Of a stretch of DNA of 64,000 nt, positions 11,128 through 20,960 are shown in pieces. The stretch's first letter is position 1. The number at the start of each line of letters is the position of its first letter. Origin of the DNA: an uncultured Aeromonadaceae bacterium. Lineage in GTDB: Bacteria > Pseudomonadota > Gammaproteobacteria > Enterobacterales > Aeromonadaceae. The notes under the pieces are model-generated. The model saw only the letters and a program-made list of their open reading frames with translations. It did no database searches and was not told the origin of the DNA. The translations under genes and the position numbers were made by a program. The stretch lies in contig CAMFKP010000002.1 of assembly GCA_945957385.1 (NCBI GenBank), positions 50,458-114,457 on the forward strand, in the 5' to 3' direction.

Positions 11128-12045
11128 TTGGATTGCAGGAAACAGATCGCCTGGCTGGGCTGGGCGTGCGTGTTGCTGACACTGACGGGGTGCAGTAGCA
11201 CACAGGGACGTTCACCACAGGCGCAGGAAGACATTCCTCTTGCCACGCTGGCGGTTCCGCAACAGGTTAGCTACCAAAGCGAATTGGCGTTGGCCAAACT
11301 CGGACAGATGCTCTCCTCGCCTGAGCTGAATCCGGATCAGCGTGCCGAGCTGTTTTATGAGCGTGGCGTGATGTTTGATCGGGTTGGTTTGCGCACGATG
11401 GCGCGTATCGATTTCAGTCGTGCGTTACGCGAACGGCCGGATTTTGCCGAAGCGTATAATTTCATCGGCGTTTATCTGACTCAGCAGCAAAATTTCGATG
11501 AGGCATATGAGGCATTCGATTCTGCGCTTGAGCTGGCGCCGGAATATGATTATGCCTATTTAAATCGCGGCATCGCCCTGTATTACGGCAAGCGTCCTGC
11601 GTTAGCCGTCCAGGATTTGGGTGAGTTTTATCGACGCCGTCCGGAAGATCCCTACCGCGTATTATGGCTCTATATGGCAGAGCGTAATATTAATAACGAT
11701 CATGCATTGCTAGATTTGCAGCGTCGCTATAAGCAGCATGGTGGTAATGAATGGGGCTGGAATATTGTCGGCGTAGTTGCAGGGGAACAGTCTGAAGCTG
11801 CTTTTTTCCGGCAAGTCGCACAAGATAGCAGCAATAATAAAGAGCTGGCGGAGCGTTTGTGTGAAGCCTATTTTTATCTCGGCAAGGTTTATTTGGCCCA
11901 AGGGCAGATAAAACGGGCTGCCAGTTATTTCAAACTGTCCATGGCGAGTAATATTTACGACTTTATTGAATATCGCTATGCGATGCTGGAGTTGAATTTA
12001 CTCGATCCTGCGCTAGCACAGAGCGATGATGAAGAGGCCATGTGA
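11128..12045 (+). CDS. nlpI: TPR lipoprotein NlpI
   Basis: Lipobox LTGC; YERGVMFDRVGLRTMARIDF, AYNFIGVY, DPYRVLWLY, CEAYFYLGK are NlpI motifs. The TTG start at 11128 (GGAG 6 nt upstream) gives a 22-aa signal; ATG 11062 is an alternative start. Confidence 0.9.
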   Translation: MDCRKQIAWLGWACVLLTLTGCSSTQGRSPQAQEDIPLATLAVPQQVSYQSELALAKLGQMLSSPELNPDQRAELFYERGVMFDRVGLRTMARIDFSRALRERPDFAEAYNFIGVYLTQQQNFDEAYEAFDSALELAPEYDYAYLNRGIALYYGKRPALAVQDLGEFYRRRPEDPYRVLWLYMAERNINNDHALLDLQRRYKQHGGNEWGWNIVGVVAGEQSEAAFFRQVAQDSSNNKELAERLCEAYFYLGKVYLAQGQIKRAASYFKLSMASNIYDFIEYRYAMLELNLLDPALAQSDDEEAM

Positions 12046-12068
12046 CGAGTGCGATGTGGCAGTGCAAA

Positions 12069-12092
12069 CAAGCCCGGGTTAGCCCGGGCTTG
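12069..12092. terminator. Hairpin between convergent nlpI and ubiV
   Basis: CAAGCCCGGG-ttag-CCCGGGCTTG, 10-bp perfect stem. Confidence 0.65.
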
Positions 12093-12098
12093 GCATTT

Positions 12099-12974
12099 CT
12101 ATTGCTGTTGCATTCCGGCGATACTGTGCCAGTAACCATTGCAGTCGCGATGCGAGGGTTTAAAGGTAATCGTCTCGCCATTGCGCGCTTTATTAAATTG
12201 ATTAATCCACGATGCAATATCGTCGCCTTGTGGACTAATACGCAAAATATCGACTAAGCCTTGCATACCTGAAATATCATTGAGCAGGTTGTAGCAATAT
12301 CCTGATTGGGTTTGTATGCCATTGAGCACAAATACCGGTTGTCCCTCCTGGCTTTGCGCGACACGTCCTGCTGGATAATTAATACAGGCCAATTCGCACT
12401 GATCTTTGGCTCGATTTTCAGCGCGGGCAGTGAAACAGCGTGCAGAATAAGCTAAGGGTAAATTACCGTAGGAAAAAACCTCAACTTCAAATTTATTTCT
12501 CAGTCCACGTTGCTCACATTCAGCTAATAATAATTGCAGCCAGTCGCGTGATAATTCTACCGGCATGACCCAACGTTGCATGCCGCGCGCCAATAATAGT
12601 GCAATGACATCGGCGTTATAACAGTTGATGGCTGGTCCACAGACGAAAGGCAATTTAGCTTCATGCGCTAATTGGATTGCCCCCATGTCATTAGCCTCGA
12701 TCAACAGTTCACCATTATCTAACCAGCGTTTCACTTCGTTGAGTTCGGAAGGCGCCTGGATCAGCGCCAACGTGGACAATACGACCTCTTTTCCCTGGGC
12801 GCGAAGCGCTTTGGCAATCGCCAGCCAGTCGCCGAGTTTTAGCTCGCGACGTTTGCTGCAGACGGTTTCACCGAGATAAACTATGTCGCTCTCTGTCTCC
12901 GCCAGTTGTTGATACAGCGCCTCGACGCGCTGTTTTTCCCAGAAATAGAGCAGTGGGCCTAATGCAATTTTCAT
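12099..12974 (-). CDS. ubiV: Anaerobic ubiquinone biosynthesis protein UbiV (YhbV, U32 family, Fe-S)
   Basis: MKIALGPLLYFW, YLGETVCSKRR, LAYSARCFTAR, CELAC (four Cys ligands); directly downstream of ubiU. Confidence 0.93.
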   Translation of the reverse strand: MKIALGPLLYFWEKQRVEALYQQLAETESDIVYLGETVCSKRRELKLGDWLAIAKALRAQGKEVVLSTLALIQAPSELNEVKRWLDNGELLIEANDMGAIQLAHEAKLPFVCGPAINCYNADVIALLLARGMQRWVMPVELSRDWLQLLLAECEQRGLRNKFEVEVFSYGNLPLAYSARCFTARAENRAKDQCELACINYPAGRVAQSQEGQPVFVLNGIQTQSGYCYNLLNDISGMQGLVDILRISPQGDDIASWINQFNKARNGETITFKPSHRDCNGYWHSIAGMQQQ

Positions 12975-12987
12975 ATTCGACATCCTG

Positions 12988-13983
12988 TTACTGCCACTGT
13001 TTGTGATAGGCACCCAGCGTGGTCTGGCTGCCCTCGGAAACGGCGGCCAGTTGCTGATCCCAGAGGGGGTCGACCTGATACGCTTCCGGGTTGGCATGGT
13101 AGCGGTCGATCGCCGCGCGCCAGACTCGCGTCACCTGTTCGACATAAGCCGGGCTGCGTTGCCGGCCTTCAATTTTCACGGATTTGACGCCACAGGCGAA
13201 CAGTTCAGGCAGTAATGACAGGGTATTGAGGCTGGTGGGCTCTTCCAGGGTATGGAAAAGCTGGTCGCCCACCCGATAGCGCCCCTTGCATAGCGTGGGG
13301 TAACCGGCGTTCTCCCCTGGGGCATAACGATCGATCAGCACTTCGTTCAACCGCGACTCGAGGCCGGCCGGTGTCTCTTGCCAGCGCACGAAGCGGGCGG
13401 GGGAACAGGCACCGACGGTATTGGGGCTTTCACCGGTCAGGTACGAAGAGAGATAACAACGTCCTTCGGCCATGATGCACAAGCTGCCAAAGGCAAACAC
13501 CTCCAACTCTGCGCTGGTCTCCCGGGATAGCTGTTTAACTTGATGAATCGATAACACCCGGGGCAAGACGACACGTTTGATATTGAATGCCTGTTGGTAG
13601 AAACGGACGGCCGCGGCGTTGGTCGCTGAGGCCTGGACCGAGAGATGCAGCTCGACCTCTGGGTAACGACGTGCCGCATATTCCAGTACGGCGATATCGG
13701 CAATGATCAGGGCGTCAGCACCGAGGGCGACAGCCTTATCGACGGCTTGTTGCCAGCGCTGTCCTGCGCCTGGATGGGCAAACGTGTTGATCGCGATATG
13801 CAATTTTCGTTGGTGTTGATGCACATATTCGACGGCGCGTTGCAACTTTTTGTCATCAAAATTCAAGCCGGCAAAATGGCGGGCGTTGGTATCGTCCTTA
13901 AAGCCGATAAAGACGGCATCGGCACCACCATCCACCGCCGCTTTCAACGCAGGCAGATTGCCCGCCGGACAGAGTAATTCCAT
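12988..13983 (-). CDS. ubiU: Anaerobic ubiquinone biosynthesis protein UbiU (YhbU, U32 family, Fe-S)
   Basis: MELLCPAGNLPALKAA, GSLCIMAEGRCYLSSY, GACSPA, PTLCKGRY; 331 aa. Confidence 0.95.
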   Translation of the reverse strand: MELLCPAGNLPALKAAVDGGADAVFIGFKDDTNARHFAGLNFDDKKLQRAVEYVHQHQRKLHIAINTFAHPGAGQRWQQAVDKAVALGADALIIADIAVLEYAARRYPEVELHLSVQASATNAAAVRFYQQAFNIKRVVLPRVLSIHQVKQLSRETSAELEVFAFGSLCIMAEGRCYLSSYLTGESPNTVGACSPARFVRWQETPAGLESRLNEVLIDRYAPGENAGYPTLCKGRYRVGDQLFHTLEEPTSLNTLSLLPELFACGVKSVKIEGRQRSPAYVEQVTRVWRAAIDRYHANPEAYQVDPLWDQQLAAVSEGSQTTLGAYHKQWQ

Positions 13984-14039
13984 ACACAGACTCCATAGAT
14001 CGATGGCCGTGATTCTAATCAGCCTGTGTCTACACTGTT

Positions 14040-14092
14040 TTGACTTGAGGCAGTTTTCACTCGGCGAGCAGGATAAAGTTGATTTTCAACAG
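14040..14092. promoter_or_regulatory. Two FNR-like boxes in the ubiU/ubiT divergent promoter region
   Basis: TTGAC-ttga-GGCAG (14040-14053) and TTGAT-tttc-AACAG (14079-14092) compared with the consensus TTGAT-N4-ATCAA. Confidence 0.55.
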
Positions 14093-14149
14093 AATTTAAT
14101 GCGCTGAAATATGGTTAGATGCGCAGCAATACAAAAGGAGATCACGAAC

Positions 14150-14662
14150 GTGTTCAATCAGTTGCATGGCCGTCTGGTACGACTGGCACCGAGTCTGTTG
14201 CGAGCCCCGGCACGCTGGATGCCCTTTGCGCTGCAGCAAAAGCTGATGGGGGCTTTGCTAAGCCGAATCTTTAGTGATGCGTTGGCGGATGGCGATTTTG
14301 CCTTTCTGCAGGATCGCTGGTTACGGATTGAAGTCCGTGATCTGCAATTGGGATGGTTCATCTCCTCGAGCGAGGCTGGATTGATCATTGCCGAGCAAGC
14401 GCCACAAACGGATGTAACTTTCTCTGCCGAGCTTAACGATCTGATTCTGATCGCTGGACGAAAAGAAGATCCGGATAGTCTGTTCTTCCAGCGGCGGTTG
14501 CGTATCGAAGGAGATACCGAGCTGGGGCTGGAGGTCAAAAATCTGATGGATAGTATTGATCTGGCGGTGTTGCCCTCGGTGCTGCGCTATGCGCTACAGG
14601 ATTTTTCCGGGTTTGTGCAACGCGGTTTGGCACAACCGATGGCGAGTGAGCGCGCACTGTAA
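14150..14662 (+). CDS. ubiT: Ubiquinone anaerobic biosynthesis accessory factor UbiT (YhbT, SCP2 domain)
   Basis: DGDFAFLQDRWLRIEVRDL, EDPDSLFFQRRLRIEGDTELGLEVKNLMD; GTG 14150 after AAAGGAG; divergent from ubiU. Confidence 0.93.
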   Translation: MFNQLHGRLVRLAPSLLRAPARWMPFALQQKLMGALLSRIFSDALADGDFAFLQDRWLRIEVRDLQLGWFISSSEAGLIIAEQAPQTDVTFSAELNDLILIAGRKEDPDSLFFQRRLRIEGDTELGLEVKNLMDSIDLAVLPSVLRYALQDFSGFVQRGLAQPMASERAL

Positions 14663-14771
14663 AGCGACGGTGGCAAACACATCTTTTATCTGCATCATCC
14701 TGGCAAGTGGGGACAAGTCTGTCGACTGCGTGATACCATCTTGCGCCGTTTTTTAGTCGTCAGCTGCCGCC

Positions 14772-15500
14772 ATGTTGGACAATATTCGCATCGTTCTGGT
14801 TAACACCTCCCATTCTGGAAACATCGGTTCCGCCGCTCGAGCCATGAAGACAATGGGCATTCATGATCTGGTTCTGGTTGATCCCGTCGAGGCGCCGGAT
14901 GGGCGAGCAACCGCGATGGCTGCGGGCGCGGTGGATGTGCTGGCTAACTTGCGTACCGTTGCCACGTTGAGCGAGGCGGTGGCGGATTGTGGCTTGGTCA
15001 TCGGCACCAGTGCCCGAAACCGCACTCTGGAGTGGCCGCTACTCGACCCGCGGCAAGCTGGGGCGCAGGCGATCCGTGAAGCGGCTACCCACAAGGTGGC
15101 CCTGGTTTTTGGCCGGGAACGAACTGGCTTGACCAATGACGAGTTGCAACAGTGCCATTATCACGTCTGCATTCCGGCTAATCCCGAATACAGTTCGTTG
15201 AACTTGGCGATGGCCGTTCAGACGTTATGCTACGAAATGCGCATGCATGCGTTGGCGAGCGAGCCTGTTCCGGCCAGCGATACGACGCTTCAGGAATACC
15301 CACAACAGGGTGAACTGGACCGTTTTTACGTTCATCTTGAGCAAACATTGCGTGATGTTGCTTTTTTGCGTCCCGATCATCCCGGTCAGGTGATGGGCAA
15401 GTTGCGGCGTTTGTTCAATCGCTGTCGTCCGGATAGTCAGGAATTGAATATTCTGCGAGGTATTCTGACGGCGGTGCAGAAGGCGCGGCGCAATACCTGA
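14772..15500 (+). CDS. trmJ: tRNA (cytidine32/uridine32-2'-O)-methyltransferase
   Basis: [49 protein letters not shown]; upstream of iscR. Confidence 0.94.
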   Translation: MLDNIRIVLVNTSHSGNIGSAARAMKTMGIHDLVLVDPVEAPDGRATAMAAGAVDVLANLRTVATLSEAVADCGLVIGTSARNRTLEWPLLDPRQAGAQAIREAATHKVALVFGRERTGLTNDELQQCHYHVCIPANPEYSSLNLAMAVQTLCYEMRMHALASEPVPASDTTLQEYPQQGELDRFYVHLEQTLRDVAFLRPDHPGQVMGKLRRLFNRCRPDSQELNILRGILTAVQKARRNT

Positions 15501-15542
15501 GTTCATTTAGGGGTTATATACTTGACTGAAAAAGTCAGGTAT
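15493..15542. promoter_or_regulatory. Tandem type-1 IscR binding sites at the iscR promoter
   Basis: ATACTTGACTGAAAAAGTCAGGTAT (15518-15542) matches ATASYYGACTRWWWYAGTCRRSTAT at 24 of 25 positions and contains a TTGACT -35; a degenerate abutting site ATACCTGAGTTCATTTAGGGGTTAT lies at 15493-15517. Confidence 0.85.
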
Positions 15543-15583
15543 GAAATCATGCTCTCAGAGTGAATACAGAGGGTTGCCAAGCC

Positions 15584-16090
15584 ATGAGACTGACATCGAA
15601 AGGACGTTATGCCGTAACTGCCATGCTGGATGTAGCCTTGCATGCAGATCAGGGCCCGGTACCGCTGGCCGATATTTCTGAGCGTCAGGGGATCTCCCTG
15701 TCTTATCTGGAACAGTTGTTTTCCAAACTGCGCAAGCAAGGGCTGGTGGCCAGTGTCCGGGGACCAGGCGGAGGCTATCGTCTCGGTTTGTCGGCGGATG
15801 AAATTTCTATCAGCAAGGTCATTGCTGCCGTCAATGAGTCAGTTGAAGCGACCCGTTGCCATGGTGAACAGGGCTGTCAGGGGGGAACGCGCTGTCTGAC
15901 GCACTCCCTGTGGCGGGATCTGAGTGACCGGATTAGCCATTTTCTGGATGAAATTACGTTAGGCGAACTGGTGCGGCAGGCGGAAGTGAAACAGATCGCC
16001 GAACGCCAGGATAAGCAAAAACAGGTAGCATTGCCGATGGGGCACAAGCTGGATCTGGATGCGATCAGTGTCTCTGTTAACGCGGGTTGA
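15584..16090 (+). CDS. iscR: Fe-S cluster assembly transcriptional regulator IscR
   Basis: [20 protein letters not shown]; Fe-S ligands C-x5-C-x5-C-x2-H ([17 protein letters not shown]). Confidence 0.97.
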   Translation: MRLTSKGRYAVTAMLDVALHADQGPVPLADISERQGISLSYLEQLFSKLRKQGLVASVRGPGGGYRLGLSADEISISKVIAAVNESVEATRCHGEQGCQGGTRCLTHSLWRDLSDRISHFLDEITLGELVRQAEVKQIAERQDKQKQVALPMGHKLDLDAISVSVNAG

Positions 16091-16122
16091 TGTTCTACCG
16101 ACCGAATCGAGGTAATTGAGTA

Positions 16123-17337
16123 ATGAAGCTGCCGATTTATCTGGACTACTCCGCAACGACGCCGGTGGATCCGCGCGTTGCCGAGAAGATGATGCAATGT
16201 CTGACGCTGGATGGCACCTTTGGCAATCCGGCATCCCGTTCCCACCGCTTTGGCTGGCAAGCTGAAGAGGCTGTGGATGAGGCGCGTAATCACATTGCCG
16301 ATCTCATCGGTGCTGATCCCCGTGAAATTGTGTTCACCTCCGGGGCGACCGAATCCAACAACCTGGCGATTAAAGGCATTGCCCATTTTTACCAGAAGCA
16401 GGGCAAGCACATCATTACCTGCAAGACCGAACACAAAGCGGTGTTGGATCCCTGCCGTTATTTAGAAGGGCAAGGTTTTGAGGTGACTTACCTGGATCCG
16501 CAGCCCAATGGCCTGGTTTCGCTGTCGCAGCTAGAAGCGGCGATGCGCGATGACACCATCCTGGTTAGCCTGATGCATGTGAATAATGAGATCGGCGTGA
16601 TTCAGGATGTGGCGGCCATCGGCGAGCTGTGCCGTGCCCGCAAGATCTTCTTCCATGTCGATGCAGCACAAAGCTGCGGCAAGATTGCCATCGATGTTGA
16701 AGCGATGAAGATCGACCTGTTGTCGATGTCGGCACACAAGATTTATGGACCCAAGGGGATTGGTGCCCTGTTTGTCCGTCGCAAGCCTCGTGTGCGTCTC
16801 GAAGCCCAGATGCATGGTGGTGGTCATGAGCGGGGTATGCGCTCTGGTACCTTGCCGACGCATCAGATTGTTGGCATGGGTGAAGCATTCCGTCTGGCCA
16901 AACTGGAGATGCACACTGAAGAAGCCCGTATTCGCCAACTGCGTGATCGGCTGTGGAATGGCATCAAGAATATCGAAGAGGTCTATGTCAACGGCGATCT
17001 CGAACAACGAGTGCCGGGGAACTTGAATGTCAGCTTTGCGTATGTCGAGGGTGAATCTCTGATCATGGCGCTGAAGGATCTGGCTGTTTCCTCTGGTTCT
17101 GCGTGTACATCAGCCAGCCTGGAGCCGTCGTATGTACTACGCGCGTTGGGATTGAACGATGAGTTGGCACATAGCTCTATCCGCTTCTCTATCGGTCGTT
17201 TTACGACCGAAGCCGAGATTGACTATGCCGTGTCGCTGATTAACGAAGCGATCGGTCGTCTGCGGGAGCTATCTCCGTTGTGGGATATGTTCAAGGAAGG
17301 CGTCGATCTGACCAAGGTCGAGTGGGTTCATCACTAA
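16123..17337 (+). CDS. iscS: Cysteine desulfurase IscS
   Basis: [32 protein letters not shown]; 404 aa. Confidence 0.98.
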   Translation: MKLPIYLDYSATTPVDPRVAEKMMQCLTLDGTFGNPASRSHRFGWQAEEAVDEARNHIADLIGADPREIVFTSGATESNNLAIKGIAHFYQKQGKHIITCKTEHKAVLDPCRYLEGQGFEVTYLDPQPNGLVSLSQLEAAMRDDTILVSLMHVNNEIGVIQDVAAIGELCRARKIFFHVDAAQSCGKIAIDVEAMKIDLLSMSAHKIYGPKGIGALFVRRKPRVRLEAQMHGGGHERGMRSGTLPTHQIVGMGEAFRLAKLEMHTEEARIRQLRDRLWNGIKNIEEVYVNGDLEQRVPGNLNVSFAYVEGESLIMALKDLAVSSGSACTSASLEPSYVLRALGLNDELAHSSIRFSIGRFTTEAEIDYAVSLINEAIGRLRELSPLWDMFKEGVDLTKVEWVHH

Positions 17338-17369
17338 TCCGTCAGGATGCAGTTAGTTGGAGGTGAGAC

Positions 17370-17756
17370 ATGGCATACAGTGAAAAAGTCATTGATCATT
17401 ATGAAAACCCGCGTAACGTGGGCTCGTTTGACAAGAATGATCCGGATATTGCCACCGGTATGGTGGGGGCTCCCGCCTGTGGCGACGTGATGAAGCTGCA
17501 GCTGAAAATCAGCGCCGATGGCGTGATTGAAGATGCCAAGTTCAAGACATACGGATGTGGTTCAGCCATTGCGTCCAGTTCCCTGGTCACCGAATGGGTC
17601 AAGGGTAAGACACTGGATGAGGCTCAGGCCATCAAGAATACCGATATCGCCGAAGAGCTGGCGTTGCCTCCGGTTAAAATCCACTGTTCGATTCTGGCTG
17701 AGGATGCCATCAAGGCTGCCATTGCGGACTATCGCAAGAAGAAAGGCCTCGAATAA
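17370..17756 (+). CDS. iscU: Fe-S cluster scaffold IscU
   Basis: GAPACGD, FKTYGCGSAIASSS, LPPVKIHCS. Confidence 0.98.
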   Translation: MAYSEKVIDHYENPRNVGSFDKNDPDIATGMVGAPACGDVMKLQLKISADGVIEDAKFKTYGCGSAIASSSLVTEWVKGKTLDEAQAIKNTDIAEELALPPVKIHCSILAEDAIKAAIADYRKKKGLE

Positions 17757-17786
17757 TAAGCGGTGAGCAAGAAGGATAGGTGAGTA

Positions 17787-18110
17787 ATGGCAGTTAGCAT
17801 GACGCATGCCGCAGTCGAACGGGTAAAAAAGTTCCTGCAAAGCCGCGGTAAAGGCATAGGTTTACGCCTCGGTGTTAAAACATCCGGGTGTTCAGGAATG
17901 GCCTATGTTCTGGAGTTTGTTGATGAGCTGCAGGCGGAGGACGAAGTGTTCAACGTCGAAGGCGTCAACATTATCGTCGATGGCAAGAGTCTCATCTATC
18001 TGGACGGTACCGAATTGGACTTTGTTAAAGAAGGCCTCAATGAGGGCTTCAAATTCAACAATCCGAATATCAAAGGGGAGTGTGGCTGCGGCGAAAGCTT
18101 CACGGTCTGA
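17787..18110 (+). CDS. iscA: Fe-S cluster assembly protein IscA
   Basis: GVKTSGCSG and C-terminal ECGCGESF. Confidence 0.97.
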   Translation: MAVSMTHAAVERVKKFLQSRGKGIGLRLGVKTSGCSGMAYVLEFVDELQAEDEVFNVEGVNIIVDGKSLIYLDGTELDFVKEGLNEGFKFNNPNIKGECGCGESFTV

Positions 18111-18133
18111 GCTCTCCGTTAGTATGTGAGTGC

Positions 18134-18655
18134 ATGGTGAACTATTTCGAGCTGTTTGAATTCCCTCCGCAATTGACACTGGATACCGCTCTGCTGGCAG
18201 AGCGGTATCGTGCCTTGCAACAGCAATATCATCCCGATCGTTTTGCAGCTGCGCCCGAGAGTGACCGAGTGCAAGCGCTGCAACACGCCGCCGAAATCAA
18301 TGCCGCTTACCAGACGCTCAAAGATGGACTTAGTCGGGCTGAATATTTGTTGGCATTGCAAGGATGGGATATTCGCGGTGAGCAACAGACACTTCAGGAT
18401 ACTGATTTTCTGATGCAACAACTGGAATGGCGCGAAGAGCTGGAAGCGTTACGCCAGCATGCCGATCCCGATGCGGCTATTCCGGTATTTGAACAGCGTA
18501 TCAGCAGCGAATATAACCGTCTGAGCCTACAGCTGGAGGCTGCCTTTATTGCTGCCGACTGGCCCCTCGCGGCGGATTTGATCCGCAAGTTGAAGTTCGT
18601 ACGCAAGCTGCGCGACGAGCTCAGTCGTCTTGAAGACTCATTAATGGATCTGTAA
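18134..18655 (+). CDS. hscB: Co-chaperone HscB
   Basis: J-domain with HPD (YHPDRF), [21 protein letters not shown]; ATG at 18134. Confidence 0.95.
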   Translation: MVNYFELFEFPPQLTLDTALLAERYRALQQQYHPDRFAAAPESDRVQALQHAAEINAAYQTLKDGLSRAEYLLALQGWDIRGEQQTLQDTDFLMQQLEWREELEALRQHADPDAAIPVFEQRISSEYNRLSLQLEAAFIAADWPLAADLIRKLKFVRKLRDELSRLEDSLMDL

Positions 18656-18659
18656 TCCG

Positions 18660-20510
18660 ATGGCGTTACTTCATATTGCCGAACCGGGGCAGAGTGCTGC
18701 TCCCCATCAACATAAGTGGGCTGTCGGTATCGACCTTGGCACCACTAACTCGCTCGTGGCTGTGGTACGCAGTGGTGTGGCTGAAACCCTCGCCGACTCC
18801 GATGGTGAGCACCTGTTACCCTCAGTCGTTCATTATCAAGCAGATGGGCTACGGGTGGGGCATCAGGCGCGTGTTGAAGCCGCAACTGACCCGCGGAATA
18901 CCTTGTCATCGATTAAACGCTTGATGGGCAAGGCGTTGCGGGATGTGTCGGCTTCGGGGTTACCCTATCAGTTCAGTGCCAGTGACAGCGGTATGGTGCA
19001 AGTTGATACCGTGCAGGGGGCTGTCAATCCGGTGCAGGTTTCTGCCGAAATCCTGCGCGCACTGGCTCAGCGCGCCGCCTCCACGCTGGAGGCTGAACTT
19101 GATGGTGTGGTGATCACCGTGCCGGCTTATTTCAATGATGCCCAGCGTCAGGCCACCAAAGATGCCGCACGTCTTGCCGGACTGCATGTGCTGCGTTTAC
19201 TGAATGAACCGACGGCTGCCGCGGTGGCTTATGGGCTGGACTCTGGCCAGGAAGGGGTGATTGCCGTCTATGACCTTGGCGGTGGGACCTTCGATATTTC
19301 GATATTACGCTTACATCGCGGTGTGTTTGAGGTGTTGGCCACCGGCGGCGACTCGGCGCTGGGTGGGGATGATTTTGATCACTTGCTGGCTGACTGGATC
19401 CGTGAACAGGCCGGGGTCAGTACCGATGCCATGTCTCCAGAGCAGCAGCGTACTTTGTTGGATCTGGCGTGTGCCTGCAAGATTGCGTTGACCGAGCAGA
19501 GTGATGTGCCAGTGGCATTTTCCGGATGGCAGGGGCAACTCTCCCGCCAGCAGTTTGAGACGCTGATTGATCCTCTGGTACGCAAGACACTGCAGGCATG
19601 CCGTCGCGCGATCAAGGATGCGGCGATCGATATCGCCGAAGTCCGCGAGGTCGTCATGGTCGGCGGCTCGACCAGAGTGCCGCTGGTTCGACAACGGGTG
19701 GGGGACTTTTTTAACCGTCCGCCGCTCACCAGTCTGGATCCCGATCGCGTGGTAGCCATTGGCGCCGCTATTCAGGCCGATGTGCTGGTTGGCAACAAAC
19801 CGGACAGCGAAATGTTGTTGCTGGACGTGATTCCGCTATCGTTGGGACTGGAGACGATGGGGGGACTGGTCGAAAAAATCATTCCGCGCAACACGACCAT
19901 TCCCGTGGCCCGGGCACAGGAGTTCACAACTTTCAAAGATGGTCAGACCGCAATGGCGATCCATGTGGTACAGGGTGAGCGGGAATTAGTTGCCGATTGT
20001 CGGTCTCTGGCCCGTTTTACGCTGCGTGGCATCCCGCCGCTGGCGGCCGGGGCCGCTCACATCCGCGTGACGTTTCAGGTCGATGCGGATGGCTTGCTGT
20101 CGGTCAGTGCGCTGGAAAAGAGTTCTGGTGTTCAGGCTGCGATCGAGGTCAAACCCTCATACGGTCTGAGTGAGTTGGAAATTGCCACCATGTTGCGAGA
20201 TTCACTGCGCTATGCGCAGCAGGATGTCGCGGCGCGTACGCTGGCAGAGCAACAGGTTGAGGCCGATCGCGTGCTGGAGAGTGTTCAGCAGGCATTGCGT
20301 GCCGATGGCGATGCACTGCTGGAGCGCGGGGATCGCGCTGTGATAGATGCTGCCTTGGTACAGTTGTCGGCCTGCCGAAACGGCTCAGATCCCGACGCGA
20401 TTCAGGCCGCCATATCGGCGCTTGACCATGCTACTGCCGAGTTTGCCGCCCGACGTATGGATGCTTCCATCCGGCTGGCCTTGCAGGGACAACAGATAGA
20501 TAAGGTGTGA
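18660..20510 (+). CDS. hscA: Fe-S protein assembly chaperone HscA
   Basis: Hsp70 fold ([18 protein letters not shown]), 616 aa, between hscB and fdx. Confidence 0.97.
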   Translation: MALLHIAEPGQSAAPHQHKWAVGIDLGTTNSLVAVVRSGVAETLADSDGEHLLPSVVHYQADGLRVGHQARVEAATDPRNTLSSIKRLMGKALRDVSASGLPYQFSASDSGMVQVDTVQGAVNPVQVSAEILRALAQRAASTLEAELDGVVITVPAYFNDAQRQATKDAARLAGLHVLRLLNEPTAAAVAYGLDSGQEGVIAVYDLGGGTFDISILRLHRGVFEVLATGGDSALGGDDFDHLLADWIREQAGVSTDAMSPEQQRTLLDLACACKIALTEQSDVPVAFSGWQGQLSRQQFETLIDPLVRKTLQACRRAIKDAAIDIAEVREVVMVGGSTRVPLVRQRVGDFFNRPPLTSLDPDRVVAIGAAIQADVLVGNKPDSEMLLLDVIPLSLGLETMGGLVEKIIPRNTTIPVARAQEFTTFKDGQTAMAIHVVQGERELVADCRSLARFTLRGIPPLAAGAAHIRVTFQVDADGLLSVSALEKSSGVQAAIEVKPSYGLSELEIATMLRDSLRYAQQDVAARTLAEQQVEADRVLESVQQALRADGDALLERGDRAVIDAALVQLSACRNGSDPDAIQAAISALDHATAEFAARRMDASIRLALQGQQIDKV

Positions 20511-20511
20511 T

Positions 20512-20850
20512 ATGCCAAAGATCATTTTTCTGCCCCATGAAACCCTGTGTCCAGAGGGATTGGCGGTTGAGGCGCAAAGCGGTGAGACCATCTTGGACGT
20601 GGCGCTGCGTAACCATATCGAGATTGAGCATGCGTGTGAGAAATCTTGTGCCTGCACGACATGCCATTGCATCGTGCGTGAAGGCTTTGACTCGTTAACC
20701 CCGAGCGATGAACTCGAGGATGACATGCTCGATAAGGCATGGGGATTGGAGCCTGAATCACGGTTAAGCTGTCAGGCTCAAGTTGCAGATGAGGATCTGA
20801 TCGTCGAGATCCCACGTTACACCATTAACCTGGCTTCAGAACGCCACTGA
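20512..20850 (+). CDS. fdx: ISC-system 2Fe-2S ferredoxin
   Basis: EHACEKSCACTTCHC...SRLSCQ. Confidence 0.97.
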   Translation: MPKIIFLPHETLCPEGLAVEAQSGETILDVALRNHIEIEHACEKSCACTTCHCIVREGFDSLTPSDELEDDMLDKAWGLEPESRLSCQAQVADEDLIVEIPRYTINLASERH

Positions 20851-20893
20851 CAGGTGTGATATGCGTGGTCAGCACAGAGAAAGCTAAATAGAG

Positions 20894-20922
20894 TAAGGCC
20901 ATCCCCACAAGGGATGGCCTTA
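20894..20922 (+). terminator. Hairpin/terminator at the end of the isc operon
   Basis: TAAGGCCATCCC-cacaa-GGGATGGCCTTA, 12-bp stem followed by GTTGTTT. Confidence 0.65.
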
Positions 20923-20960
20923 GTTGTTTATTGTACAATAAAAACAGGGATACCAAGGTT

